A DNA stretch of 64,000 bases, from positions 28,334,001 through 28,398,000 of the forward strand of contig NC_090341.1 of assembly GCF_035084215.1 (NCBI RefSeq), written 5' to 3'. This document shows positions 36,876-50,030 of this stretch, piece after piece. Source of the stretch: Heptranchias perlo (Eukaryota). Positions within the stretch are counted from its first letter, which is position 1; each line of letters starts with the position of its first letter. The notes under the pieces were generated by a model. It was not told the origin of the DNA and did no database searches. It was given only the letters and a program-made list of their open reading frames with translations. Made by a program: the position numbers and the translations under genes.

Positions 36876-39800
36876 GGAAATATATCAATATTTGGTATAA
36901 AGCAACCACCTGTTGACAAAGATCAATGAATGTCCATCTCAAAGCTAGTCCCAATGGTAGTCCTCTGACACGAGATTTAATGCATTTCGATTTAAATTTA
37001 AACTTCGCTTAAATAATGTTGAAACAGTTTTGAGTGAGTTGGAGTCAATATGAACGAGATGTAGTTGGAATTTGAATCTGATCAGTTAATGATGTACCTA
37101 ATGGCCATTCAAATAAGTGTAGTTTATGAATGGGATCTGTTACTGTTATGTATAAAATCAAAATCCTTTTGTGGTCAACTCCTGAGTATTCAGGGAAGAT
37201 GGATATTCTGGCCCTTAACTTTCTTTTGAGTAAGCACCATCCACTGGACTTTAACATCTTCTCACCAATATTTGAACCTTTTCTCTTTGAGGTATGATCA
37301 CAAAATGGCGAGCTTTTGATTTCACAGCATCAAGCTATAGATTTAAAAGTTACAACACAAAGGAAGTTAGATAACAGACAAGAGAATACACTTAAAAGCT
37401 GTAGCAGTACGGTGGATATAAAAAAAGATTAAATTATTCCCTTCTGCCCTTTCAAGGAAACCAATATTCCAGACTGTCAAGCAAAAATTGTGCATCCACT
37501 CCTGTCAACAATCCAATTTCTCAGCCTACCTTTCAAGCTTTACCAAATTATTCTAGATCATCTGAGCTGCTCTCATTATGCTCCACTCCACACAAGCTTC
37601 CTGAAATTTTATGCTTCACATCAGTGAATTACTATTATAACTGGCAAACTAATTTCAGAGGTCCAAACACAATGACTTTATAACATTGATCTCAGAGACC
37701 ACATACTACGTAACTCCCCTCACATTCAAAGAAGCATTTTGTAAAAATAAATTCTGCATCTGTACCACTTTTTTATATTCATGGCTTCAGACAATGTCCT
37801 TTATTAACATGTCAAATTTTATTTTAGTTTTTTTTATTGCTTTCCCTAAACAAAGCATTTAAAATATTGGAGGGGTATTTTTAAGCCACATGTTGGGAAC
37901 TGATAAAGCTATTAGCTGTGTTGGATTAATTATTTTAATACATATAAACTGCAACTGCATTATAAGTCTTGCAAATAACACCAATACGTTTTGGTAGACA
38001 GCTTCGACATCCCTTATTGATGTCACTATCTGAAGTACATTCTGTTGTTTGAATACTAATCATACCTGTGATTATCTTCCCATGTTCGTTTCTGTGTCCT
38101 TTTCAACATCTTCAGATGTTACATGTCTTTATACAAAAATATCCGTGTCTGAAGTATGACATAATTGGCAATATAACAGTCCCTGTACCAAAGCTGCTGG
38201 AGCAAGTGAGACACTTCGAATCATGTCACCTCATGCCTTAGCCAGGTTAAATTGTCCAGATATATACAGGTAATCCAGCTACTTCCAAAACTTGAAGCGG
38301 CAACACCCATGTGCAAGTAAATAGAAATTGCGTGCTGCACCATATATTCACATTGCACAAACAGTAATACATCGAATTACGAAGAATGTACAGGCCATTC
38401 GGCCCAACAGGTCCATGCTGGTGTTTATGCTCCACACGAGCCTCCTTCCTCCCTACTCCATCTAACCTTATCAACATATCCTTTTATTCCCTTCTCCCTA
38501 ATATGTTTATCCAGCTTCCCCTTAAATGCATCTGTGCTAGTCGCCTCAACTACTCCTTGTTAAGAGTTCCACATTCTAACCACTCTCTGGGTAAAGAAGT
38601 TACTCTTGAATTCCCTATTGGATTTGTTAGTGACTATCTTATATTTATGGCCCCAAGTTCTGGTCTCCCCCACAAGTGGAAACATCTTCTCTAAGTCTGC
38701 CCTATCAAACCCTTTCATAATCTTAAAGACCTCTATCATGTCACCCCTCAGTCTTTTTTTTACAGATAAGAGCCCCAGCCTGCTCAATCTTCCCTGATAA
38801 GGATATCCTCACAGTTCAGGCATCATCCTTGTGAATCTTTTTTGCACCCTCTCCAATGCCTCTACATCCTTTCTATTATATGGAGACCAGAACTGTGCAC
38901 AAGACTCCAAGTGTGGTCTAACCAAGGTGCTATACAAGTTTAACATAACTTCTCTAATTTTCAATTCTATCCCTCTAGAAATGAACCCCTTGGTTTGCTT
39001 TTATTTTTAAAATGGCCTTATTAACCTGCATCGCTACTTTTAGTGATTTGTGTTTCTGTACCCCCAAATCCCTCAGCTCCTCCTCCCCATTTAGACTATT
39101 ATCCAAGCAGTATGTGGCCCCCTTTTTCCAAATTATTACTTTGGTCTTTGTTTTACTTATGTCCTTCTCAATCTTTATCTTAAACCTTCTTATTGCTATT
39201 GCCTAGGTGTTCCCCTACGCTTACTTCTCTTACCTGTTCTGGTTCATTTCCCGTTACTAGATCCAGCAGTGCTTCCTCTCGTTAGGCTTTTTACATACTG
39301 GAAAGGAGTCCAACACACATTGTAAAAACTCCATTCCCTTTATTCCTTTACCTACCTCTTCTTGCCAGTTTATTTAGGGGTAGTTAAAATCCCCCATGAT
39401 TATTATTCATTTCACATATTTGCTTACATATTTCTTCCCCCACCTCCTTTCCACTCTTTGGTATACCCCTGTTAGTGTGATTGATCCCTTCTTATCTTTT
39501 ATTTCAATCCTGTTTCGAGCCTTCTGTTGGTTATGTCCCTTTTTTCTACTGCCACTATGTTATCTCTAATTAATACAGCTACTCCACCACCCCCACCCCC
39601 AGTTCTTCCTTCCCTATTCTTTCTGACTATGTTATAACCAGCAATATTTAGTTCAGAGTCCTGTTCTTTACGTAGCCATGTTTCAGTTATTCCGACTACA
39701 CCTGGCTCCTCGCTACGGATTATTGCCTCCAGTTCCCCCATTTTATTTTGGGTGCTGTGTACATTGCTGTACAGGCAGTTTAACTCATCTTTAATAGTTA

Positions 39801-39964
39801 TTCCTTTTACTTTATTTTTAACAGTCCTTTTATTCTTCTGTTTTATAAACTGTACTTGTTCCTTGACTGTTTGTTATCTTTATTCCTTACCCTGGTCTGA
39901 TCTTCACAGTCATCTCCTGTTTCTTTTATTTTAACCTTTTGTTATTGCCAACAGATCCCTCTCC

Positions 39965-41001
39965 CTGTCTTGCTAGTTGAAAGCCTTATGCAATGCCCTA
40001 TTTATCCTTTCCGCTCGGACTCTGGGCCCTTTCCGGTTCAGGTGGCGCCTGTCCCAATGGTACAGCTCCTTCCTGTCCCAGTACCGGTGCCAGTGTCCCA
40101 TGAAATGGAAACCCTCCTTCCCACTCCATTCTTTCAGCCACGAATTCACCTTTTTGATCTGCCTATCCATATATGTCAATTAGCACGTAGCTCAGGTAGT
40201 AAACCTGAAATTACCACCTGTGAGGTCCTGCTTTTTAAATTTAGTTCTGAGCTATTAATTGTATCTATATCATTTATATCAATTATTGTTAATTGTATTC
40301 AGGTAGTGGGTATCAATTGGGACTCTCGTATCTATTCATAAGAGGGTGTGTAATGTTGAGCTGTGTGAATAAAGGCTTGGAAGCAACTGAAGACCAGGCT
40401 CTAGTATTCTACCCTTCACCACCTGGCTATCCAATTTATAACACCAGCTTCTGATATTCCCTTAGCAGGACCTCTTCCTTACGTCATTGGTGCCGACATG
40501 GACCACGACAACTGGATCCTCCCCCTCCTGTTCCAAGTTCCTCTCCAGTTGCTCCAAGATGTCCTTTACCCTAGCACTAGGTAGGCAACACACCCTCCTG
40601 GACTCTCGGTCGCGACTGCAGAGGACGTTAACTATCCCCCTGATTATAGAATCCCCTATGAATACAACCTTTCTGTCCTGATCCTTCCCCCCTTGGACCG
40701 TCTCATGCTCCAAGGTGCCATGGTTAGCTTTCTGAGCATCTTCCCTGCAGCCTTCATCCTTATCCTCACAGGTGTCAAGTATCTTGTACCTGTTGGAAAG
40801 GACCAGTTTCTGCGCGACCTCCTTCTCTACTTCCTCCTCCCTCACGTGCCAGAGTGTCTCCAATACACACTCCAGCTCAAAGACTCTGAGCTGGAGTATC
40901 TCAAGCCAGAGATATTTACTGCAGATGTGGCAATCCGGGACAGTCTCGCTGTTCATAAACTCCCACATATTACAGTCCCGACACACAGCCTGTACTGCCA
41001 T
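39965..41001 (-). pseudogene. CR1 ORF1: N-terminal zinc finger and coiled coil plus SGNH esterase domain
   Basis: CRDC...CSK, IGDSIIR (block I), VHVGTND (block III), DRRHLN (block V). Confidence 0.85.
40253..40443 (+). mobile_element. Probable solo LTR (~190 bp) inserted in CR1 ORF1
   Basis: Ends tatta...taaca (degenerate TGTTA/TAACA), internal AATAAA, imperfect 5-bp flanks tgagc/ccagc. ORF1 is collinear across it. Confidence 0.6.
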
Positions 41002-41517
41002 TCCTAGTTTTTATTTATTTTACCAGTAGTTTATTTCTAGGGCTAATAGAATCACTTGAGATCAAGATTAGATTTAATAAATGGATTTAGCTTGATTTCA
41101 AAATAATTACTTAGTTTTTTCTTTAATTTTATGTTTTTTTTAATTTAAGTTTTAAAAGTTGCTAGATTAGTTTATAGTCCCTTGGTTTAAATCGCTTAGC
41201 ACCTCCTTTCCCCTCTGCACCTAAATCCCACACTCACCAAATTCCCAGTTGAAAGTCCGTACTCTGTTAGCAATTCACTCCGTCAGAGGTTCACTGTCTG
41301 TCTTTACCAACTTCTGTGCTCAAGCAGAGTAGTTGTTTAATTCTGCTGGTTATTAACGATAGATTACCATTCTTCTGGCATGTCTCTCTCTCTCTCTCTC
41401 TATACCCTCAATATTTTTTTTTAAATAGATCGGTTTAAAAAAAACAGTTGAGAATGGTTCAGGAGTCAAAGGTTAAAGAAAAGAAAATAACCATATTTTT
41501 GTTCAGTCAAGTCACTT

Positions 41518-42188
41518 TGGGCCACATTTTGCTGTAGCAGCACATCTAACAGCATCTGTCGTTAGTTAGAATTGCCCCTACACCCTTCAGTTCAAAAAGA
41601 TTTTGCCCACTATGTTGCTGAAAGTGCTAGCTGATAAACTGAAGGATTAAGGAATAAAAAAAGAGGAAGGATGGAGAAGAAAGTGTAAATTAGAGTGGGT
41701 GAATTCAATGTCAAATCAAGTACAGAAAGAAAAATAAAGGGAAAGAAAAACTGAATTACGTAAAGAAACAATAAGGTTAAGTAAAAACATTCTTTTTAAA
41801 TTTGACATTTTTAAAATCTCCAACAATTAATAGCTGAAGGAATGAGAGTCCACACTTGTAATAGTTAATTTTCAGTGCGCGGTTGATTGGCAGTAATTAA
41901 CAATTATCACATCATTAAAAAGGCATTTACTTTTGTAATGATGTGACTTAACTTTCTATGGCGAGTTTAGTTCGTATCTACCACCTAAATACAGCAATTT
42001 CTTGACATTCAACGGTGAGACAGACAGCAAAATGCCATTTTCGCAATGCTAACGCCAGCGCAGCAACTTTTTAATATTGGCATTTAACCGCGCATCTGCC
42101 CCTTGCCTGAAGTTGCTGTACCATTTACACAAAAATAACGCCGAGCGGCATTAGCCTCACCGTTATTTTGACAGCAAAATCTGGCCCA
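41518..42188. mobile_element. Harbinger-type MITE related to 19063-20085
   Basis: TIRs tgggccacattttgctgt and acagcaaaatctggccca (17/18 complementary); shared internal motif aatgaga(c/g)tccaca...ttggcagt(c/a)attaa. Confidence 0.8.
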
Positions 42189-42717
42189 TTGCATTTAAGC
42201 CCAGTACATAAGTGTCTAAATTTGGTGGTTAAATATGGTGCAATCCACTGCCTTCCAACTGGAATAGAAGACAAAACAATAATGGTACAGACAAGATGGT
42301 TGCTCAAAATATACAAAATAAATTGTCTAAACTTCTTTAAATTGAATAAAATATCCCTCCACATTAGCATTTCTTGGCTAAACCATGCCATTATGTTTCT
42401 GTAGTAGGATCTGCAGACCAAGAAGTAAACAAGAAGCAAAAAGGTCACAAATCATTAGTACCCCATTAAGTATGTCAAAGGGGTATAAATTTGCATGCAC
42501 ATTTTGCTAAATTTAACTTAGCTTTGCCACATTATGAACTCTATAATTCTGCTTGGTGTCCGAGTTGGTCAATACTCTTCTCAGACCTTGTTGATACCTG
42601 AACCAAACAGGATTCTTTGTCGCTGAAGAATGCAGGGTTCCAATTGCCGAGATATGCCGAGAGTACAGATCAGTGCCTTCCTTGACTGTTCCCGCCATCT
42701 CATAGCAGCCATGTACC

Positions 42718-43370
42718 TTACGAACAAGAAAAGACCCTTTGGTCCATCCAGCCTGTCCCACACAATTATGACATCTCGTGCATCACAATATATACATTTG
42801 CCAACCCACCCGAAACCATGTGATCTCCTGGGAGAGGCGAGAAACCAGATAGCAAACCAGGCCAATTTGGGAAATAAAAATCTGGGAAAAAAAAATCTGG
42901 GAAATTCCTCTCCAACCCCCCCACCCCAGCCCCCCCAACCCACCCCCCTGCTCTGACCCCCACCAACCCCCCCTCCCCCCAAGCTCTTTTAGCCTATCTT
43001 GATAATTAAGATGCTTCAAACTGGGAATTAATCTAGTGGCCCGCCTCTGCATCCTTTCCAAAGCCTCAATATCACCCACCAATACTGGACACAGTATTCT
43101 AACAGAGGCCTGACCAAGGTCTTGTACAAGTTCAAAAGAGTATGCTGTCTTATAGTCAATTGCACAATAAATGCACCCCAACACCCTATTTGCTCTATCA
43201 CTTCACGGCATTACTCACGAACCTTTAGAGATCTGTGTTTTAGGACGCCCAGATCGCTCCTTCTCTCCACCTGTTTTAATGCTTTTTCCTGAAGGATGTA
43301 TGTATGTTCAGCATTCACCCTGCCCACATGCATAAAACTGCACTTTTCCAAGTTAAACACCAGTCACAAG
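42718..43370 (-). mobile_element. CR1 3' fragment of another family
   Basis: DIEALERMQRRATRLIPSLKHLNYQDRLKEL on -. Confidence 0.75.
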
Positions 43371-43419
43371 TCCAATCCCCCTAAGGCAAGCTGTGGATCT
43401 CTTAACCTTTCCAATTCTC

Positions 43420-43725
43420 AAAGACTAGCTGAAGAATGTGATGAGATGCTGAAAAGAAAATCCCATCTGTCTACTCTGGTGATTCAGGTGGACATTAAAG
43501 ATCCAATGACACTATCCAAAGAGCAAGGACGTCTCCCGGTGTTCTAATTAATATTCTTCCCTCGACCAATACCTCCAAAAAACAAAGCTGTTTATAGGAT
43601 GTTATGAGTTCAGAATGGCAGCTGTGTTTGCTGACATTAACAGTCAATGTACTATAAAAGTAATTTGTTGCGTGTAGAACTTTAAGACATTTCAACTTGA
43701 TGAATGTCCTACATGAGTCCAAGTA
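43420..43725 (+). mobile_element. Old Deu-type SINE fragment
   Basis: caggtggacattaaagatccaatgacacta...gagcaagg..tctcccggtgttct, same core as 13520-13600. Confidence 0.55.
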
Positions 43726-43899
43726 TTATTTTAATGAGCACAAAAGATTAAACATCATAAAAATATACTGTACGTTTCGAAGTTATTTCTGGGTTTTGTG
43801 CTTTCTCTCCCTTTGGTTCTTCTGCTAAATGGCTTATTACGTCAATGTGTTTTTTCCCAAAGCAACACTGAAAATAAATCTACCCATACTGATACTGGC

Positions 43900-44330
43900 A
43901 AAAGACCTGAGCCTGGAAAGTCCTGAGTTCTACTGGCACTGAAATATGGCCACCGAAATTAAAGGAGGCTGACCCCATCAGAAATTCCAGGGTCAGTTAA
44001 TTTAAATAATGCTGGCAGGAGTCCTGCCGATGGGGGCCTGAAAAATTTATTATGGGGGATGGAAGAGGGACTTAACTGGCTCAAGCTGAAGGAAGAAAAA
44101 GGCGAGTTTCCAATTTTTCAGAGGCTGACATGGAAGTGCTCCTGGCACAAATTTAAAAATGGAATGCCACTGTTGGGAGTACCAGGGAAGATGCCATCAC
44201 ATGCAGCAGCAGAGGCAATGTGGAAAGAGGTGGCTGTGGTTCTAAGCATGATCTCCACATCCCCAAGGATCCCTGCAATGTCAGAAGAAGGTTAATGACC
44301 TTACTACATCAGTAAAGAGTGTTTTCAGGT
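43900..44330 (+). mobile_element. Harbinger fragment with the first Myb/SANT exon
   Basis: RVSNFSEADMEVLL...AMWKEVAVVLSMISTSPR..QCQKKVNDL (frameshifted). Confidence 0.65.
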
Positions 44331-44649
44331 AACTAACAGGGTAGATAACGGAGTCACAGAAGTACATGGGTATTCCCTAGAACAATAGTCAAGCTTTAGG
44401 ATATCACATGGTACCTGTCCCTTGTTGCAGAAGCAAAGTCACTTGGCAGCACTCCTGTTAAGTGCTTCATATCCTATAATACATGCTAGCAATTTCAAGT
44501 CTCAAAAACTAGGTCTTTGCTCCCTGACACTTACTCTAACTATCATCCATCCCATGAATCCTGGTGGGTTGTGCTCAGGGGAGAAAGGGAAACTGCAGAA
44601 TGGGGGTTTGGGGGGAGTCTTGGGAATGGGGTGGGGTGGGGCCCAGCAT

Positions 44650-44862
44650 TATTTTTTATTCGTTTATGGGATGTGGGCGTCGCTGGAGGGCAGCATTTAT
44701 TGACCATTCCTAATTGCCCTTGAGAAGGTGGTGGTGAGCCGCCTTCTTGAACCACTGCAGTGCGTGCGGTGAAGGTTCTCCCACAGTGCTGCTGGGAAGG
44801 GAGTTCCAGGATTTTAACGCAGCAACGACAAAGGAACGGTGATACATTTCCAAGTCAGGATG
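44650..44862 (-). mobile_element. Family B LINE extreme 3' fragment
   Basis: Reverse complement of the family B tail (ttttttattcgtttatgggatgtgggcgtc...). Confidence 0.8.
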
Positions 44863-46394
44863 GAAGCTGCGTCGAGAGAGGTGCAGCCAGCAAAAGGGCA
44901 AGTGAAACATGGGGACTTTACTGTGGGTAAATAGCGAAAGATTGTTTCCATTGGTGGGTGAATGAGGAACAAGGGGACAGGGACTGAGGATTCCCACTGC
45001 AAGAATGAAGGGGGAAGGGAGAAGAAAAGTTTTTGAACTGAGAGCTATTACACCATGGGATGCATCACCACAAGTGGCTATTGAAACAGAGACTAGACCA
45101 TCATTTGAATGGGATAAGTATTTGAAAAGAAATATTGAAGGATCTAGGAGAAATGAGGTTACAGGAGAGAATAACAGCATCAGCACAGGCTGGGGCTTTC
45201 TCCTATGCTGTAATTTCTATCATTCTATGAAAGCTCTTCTTGAGTCTGAGCCCAGAGAGCCATTTAGAAACATTGATGCTGAGCTGAGTTTAGGACAATG
45301 TGCCTTGTAAGGAATGCTCCAAACACTGAGCCTGCTGCCCTTTGTGCAATCTCTCAGTTTGAGTTCAGATCAGTCTGTGCCGACTGGTTTAGACGTGTAA
45401 AGTCCAAGTACAAATTGGCTCTCATTGGGGCTCCCAGTTCAGTGTTGTCACCTTCACACAGAACCTGAGTCCAAACTAGAGTCCAAGGAGATAGGTACAA
45501 GATGGGGACTTTTAAAAGTGGCATTGACTGGGAAGCCTGACCGCATCTTGTCCAGCGCAGGGAGATTCTGGTTGTAGTTTCAGGTTGAATATCAGTACTA
45601 CTAGGATTACTGACAGTTACAGGTAGGATATCGGGGCATTACACCTTTTACTACCAGTTACATATGGACTATCAGTGAGTTATTGTAGTTCTGCTGGCTA
45701 TGAGAGGATTCTGAGTGTTAGCAGTATTACTATTAGTTATTGGTGCAATTTCAGTGAGTTACTATCAGTTACTGGTGGAATCAAAGTTCCTCCCAGCTCT
45801 GGCTGCTCCCCCCTGTAAATCCCTCCACCACCTTCGGTTTCCCCTCTTTCCCAACCTCGGTTTCCCTTATTCACCTGCTCGTGGGTGGCCTCCTGGTTCT
45901 CGGAGCTTCTCACTCAACAGCTGCTGGCGCGAACCACAAGCAAAGGTGCTCAACTATAGGGGACCCAGCCTTTTAAGGTAAATGAACCAACATTTGCAGA
46001 TGTTACATGAATAGATGCTACATAATCAGACATCACATGGTCAGACATCCAGGAATACCTCCAACCAGTGTTCGCAATCCTACCTACAAATATTGACACC
46101 CCCCAACCCCCAAAGAGCCCCAGTCCTAATTTCTAAAAGATAGCGTCAGCCTCAGTGGAAAACAGTGCTATCACCATAAAAAACATGCTCTATTAGTCTC
46201 GAGCAACAGAAATAATGTGCTGGTGAGTCAACAAATGCAGAAAATCTTAGAAATCTGAAAATCTTGGGCACCCTCTTAGATAGCCTCACAAAAACCCTAG
46301 TGTCCAAACACCCCAGTTTGAAAACCTGTGTGCTTCTTAACAGAGGTGAAGGTCACAATATAACCTTAAGGACCATCTCGGGGGTCTCCCACAG

Positions 46395-47522
46395 CAAAAT
46401 TGAAATTTGTGGAATAAAAAAGGCAGTGGCAGCATGGATACGAAATTGGCTAAGTGACAGGAAACAGAAAGTAGTGGTGAACGGTTGTTTTTTGGACTGC
46501 AGGAAGAAATACAGTGATGTTCCCCAGGGGTCGATACTAGGACCACTGCTTTTTTTGATATATATAAGGACTTGGACTTGGGTATACAGGACACGATTTC
46601 AAAATTTGCAGATAACACAAAACTTGGAAATGTAGTGAACAGTAAGGAGGATAGCAACAGACTTCAAGAGGACATTGACAAGCTGGTGGAATGGGCAGAC
46701 ACATGGCAGATGAAATTTAATGCAGAGAAGTGTGAAGTGATACATTTTGGCAGGAAGAACGAGGAGAGGCAATATAAATTAAATAGTACAATTCTAAAGT
46801 GGGTGCAGGAACAGAGACACCTGGGGGTATATGTGCACAAATCTTTGAAGGTGGCAGGATTGATTGAGAAAGCAGTTAAAAAAGCATACAGGGTCCTGGG
46901 CTTTATAAATAGAGGCATAGAGTACAAAAGCAAGGAAGTTATGTTGAACCTTTATAAAACACTGGTTCAGCCACAACTGGAATATTGTGTCCAATTCTGG
47001 GCACTGCACTTTAGGAAGGATTTGTAGGCCTTAGAGAAGGTGCAGAAAAGATTTACTAAATTGGTTCCAGGGATGAGGGACTTCAGTTATGTGGATAGAC
47101 TGGAGAATCTGGGGTTGTTCTCCTCAGAGCAGATAAGATTAAGAGACGATTTGATAGAAGAGTTCAAAATCATGAAGGGTTTAGATAAAGTAAATAAAGA
47201 GAAACTGTTCCCATTGGCAGATGGATCGAGAACCAGAGGACACAGATTTAAGGTGATTGGCAAAAGAACCAATGGCAACATGAGGAAAAACTTTTTTTAA
47301 CGCAGCGAGTAGTTATGATCTGGAATGCGCTGCCTAAAGGGTGGTGGAAGCAGATTCAATCATGGCTTTCAAAGAGGAATAAATACTTAGAGAAAAAATT
47401 TGCAGGGCTACGGGGAAAGAGTGGGGGAATGGGACTAACTGGATTGCTCTTAAAAAGAGCCAGCACAAACTCAATGGGCCGAATGGCTTCCTACTGGGCT
47501 GTAACCATTCCATGATTCTATG
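46395..47522 (+). mobile_element. CR1 LINE 3' part
   Basis: VPQGSILGP, SKFADNTKL, EYCVQFWALHF; tail attccatgattctatg. Confidence 0.92.
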
Positions 47523-47859
47523 TGGTCCCCAGATCTACAGTGGACAAGCTGTGCTCATAATGAATGATAGGAGATGGAAGTGTCAGGAGTAGGGTACAAC
47601 TGGGTGAACTGGAAGGTAACTAGGCATGGTCTACGATAACTCTTTGCCTTATAGGAACATAGGGCGAGGAACAGGCAATGCAGCCCCTCCAGCCTGCTCC
47701 GTCTTTCAATTAGATCATTACTGATCTGTATCTTAACTTCATTTATCCACTTAGCTCCAGGAAATAATTACTCTATATCTACCCCATCGAATCCTTTTAA
47801 CATTTTCAACACCTCGATCAGATCACCCCTCAATCTTTATACGTTGCTGCATGTGAATC

Positions 47860-48460
47860 AAGGTAAGTATAACTGCTTCAGGAAGAAGCCTATCCCAAAG
47901 CATGTCTTCTTTGAGTTGCATCAGAAGGTGAATTCATGTTCTGTACGAGGTAAAGTCCTCCATCCACTAATCCCAGGGTGCTACACTGTCTCCACATTTT
48001 TGTGGCTTCTTGTCCCAGATGTTTTGTGTAAGGTTGGAGTCTATTTCACTGATAGTGGAGGGCACAGTTTAGATCTCCACCCATGATCACGATTCCACAT
48101 GTGCAAGCATGAGACATGTTACTGTGGGGAATGTTGGAGAGTCCACATTTCGGCACAGACAGTTGCACTATTCAATTATTAATTAGGATTGAATTGCCAT
48201 CCTCACTGGGGATAGTGGCCTCCAGGGTTAGAGGAAGGTTTTTGTTGATAAGAATGGCCACTCGCCTATTTTTCAGTGGGCATTAGGTGGCCAGTATTTG
48301 GCATGCTTTGAAGAGATGAAGTGGGTCTCTCATAGGAATGTCTGGTTTGTCTTTAAAGATTTTTTTTTTGCTTGGTTGAGTGTTGAGTCACTTGATGTTG
48401 AGGAGTTTAATGTTCAGCAGTGAAACCGATATGTTGTGGGCTGTACATTTGTCTTACATC
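47860..48460 (-). mobile_element. Old L1/Tx1-type endonuclease fragment
   Basis: Minus strand reads ETHF, RVAILINKNLPLTLEATIPSEDG and IVIMGGDL. Confidence 0.55.
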
Positions 48461-48489
48461 TTCAGGTCCTAAAGTAAGGATCCCTAACT

Positions 48490-49680
48490 AGCAGGGTAGA
48501 TAAGGGGGAACCAGCAGTATACTTGGATTTTCAAAAGGCATTCAATAAGGTGCCACACAAGAGGTTGTTACACAAGATTAGGGTTTATGGGATTGGGGGT
48601 AATGTATTAGCATGGATTGAGGATTGGTTAATAGACAGAAAACAGAGAGTAGGAATAAACATTTTCAGGGTGGCAGATTGTAACGAGTGAGGATCAGTGC
48701 TTGGGCCTCAGCTGTTTACAATTTATAATCGATGACTTACATGAGGAGACCGAGTGTAATATATCTAAGTTTGCTGACAATACAAAGCCAGGTGGGAAAG
48801 TAAGCTGTGAGGAGGACGCTAAGAGGCTACAAAGGGTAATAGACAGGTTAAGTGAGTGGGCGAGAAGGTGGCAGATAGAGTATAATGCGGGGTAATGTGA
48901 AATTATCCACTTTGGCAGGAAGAATAGAAAATCAGAATTTTTTTTTTAAAAAGGTGAGAGACTAAGAAATGGTGGTAGTCAGAGGGATTTGGGTGTCCTT
49001 GTATATGAATTATAGAAAGTTAACATGCAAGTACAGCATGCAATTAGGAAGACAAATGGTAATTGCAAGGGGGTTGGAGTATACGATTAAGGAGGTCTTG
49101 CTGCAATTATATAGGGCTCTGGTGAGACCACACCTGGAGTTCTGTGTACAGTTTTGGTCTCTTTACCTAAGGAAGGATATACTTGTCTTAGAGGGGGGGG
49201 GGTGCAATGAAGGTTCACTTGATTGATTCCTGGAATAAGAGGGTTTGAGTAGAATGGGCCTATATTCTCTGGAGTTTAGAAGAATGAGAGGTGATCTCAT
49301 TGAAACGTATAAAATTCTTAGAGGGCTTGACAGAGTAGATACTGAGAAGCTGTTTCCCCTGGCTGGAGAGTCTAGAACTAGGGGGGTCATAGTCTCAAGA
49401 TAAGGGGTCCACCATTTAGGACTGAGATGAGCAAACATTTCTTCACTCTGCGGGTTGTGAATCTTTAGAATTCTCTATCCCAGAGGACTGCAGATGCTCA
49501 GTTGTTGAGTACGTTCAAGACTGAGATCGATAGATATTTGGACTCAAAGGGAATCAAGAGATATGGGGGTAGGGCGGGAATGTGGAGTTGAGGTAGAAGA
49601 TCAGCCATGATCTTATTGATTGGCAGAGCAGGCTTGAGGGGCCGTATGGCCTGCTCCTGCTCCTATTTCTTATGTTCTTA
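48490..49680 (+). mobile_element. CR1 LINE 3' part (same family as 1-878)
   Basis: [38 protein letters not shown]; tail cttatgttctta. Confidence 0.9.
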
Positions 49681-49714
49681 GAACAAAAAGTATGCTGGTT
49701 TGGAGGACTAATGC

Positions 49715-50030
49715 AACCGAGGGCAAACAGCTGTAGGGAGTGGCAAGGCCATGGATGGATTTTGATGTGAAGATGAAGATCCTGAAATCAATTTGCTGGG
49801 CACAGGCAGGCAGTACAGATTTGCAAAGGCGAAAGTGATAGGAATGCAGGTGAGGATGTGGGCTGCAGCATTCAGTATGAGTTGTAGTTTGTGGAGGGTG
49901 GAAGCAGGAGGACACTGGAAAAATTAAGTCTCTTATGATAAAGGTGTGGATTATGGTTTCAGCAGTAGTGGAAGAGAGATATGGACAGAGGCAATGTTTT
50001 GGAGGTGAAAGTCAACAGAATTGAATAATA
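49715..50030 (-). mobile_element. Old L2 fragment
   Basis: FRIFIFTSKSIHGLATPY on -. Confidence 0.5.

Larger units (their letters stand above)
38368..41290 (-). mobile_element. CR1 LINE retaining 5' UTR, ORF1 and APE, with most of the RT deleted
   Basis: ORF1 at 41001-39965; APE 39780-39130 (GITETWL, IMGDFNYP); RT C-terminus and 3' UTR at 39130-38368. Confidence 0.88.

Noticed and set aside
37266-37334. Minus-strand exon-like segment LDAVKSKARHFVIIPQREKVQIL
   Set aside because: No match to the host protein, and such AG...GT open segments occur by chance.
45560-45780. Degenerate short repeats (ttactatcagt-like)
   Set aside because: The period is irregular and I cannot define a unit or family.
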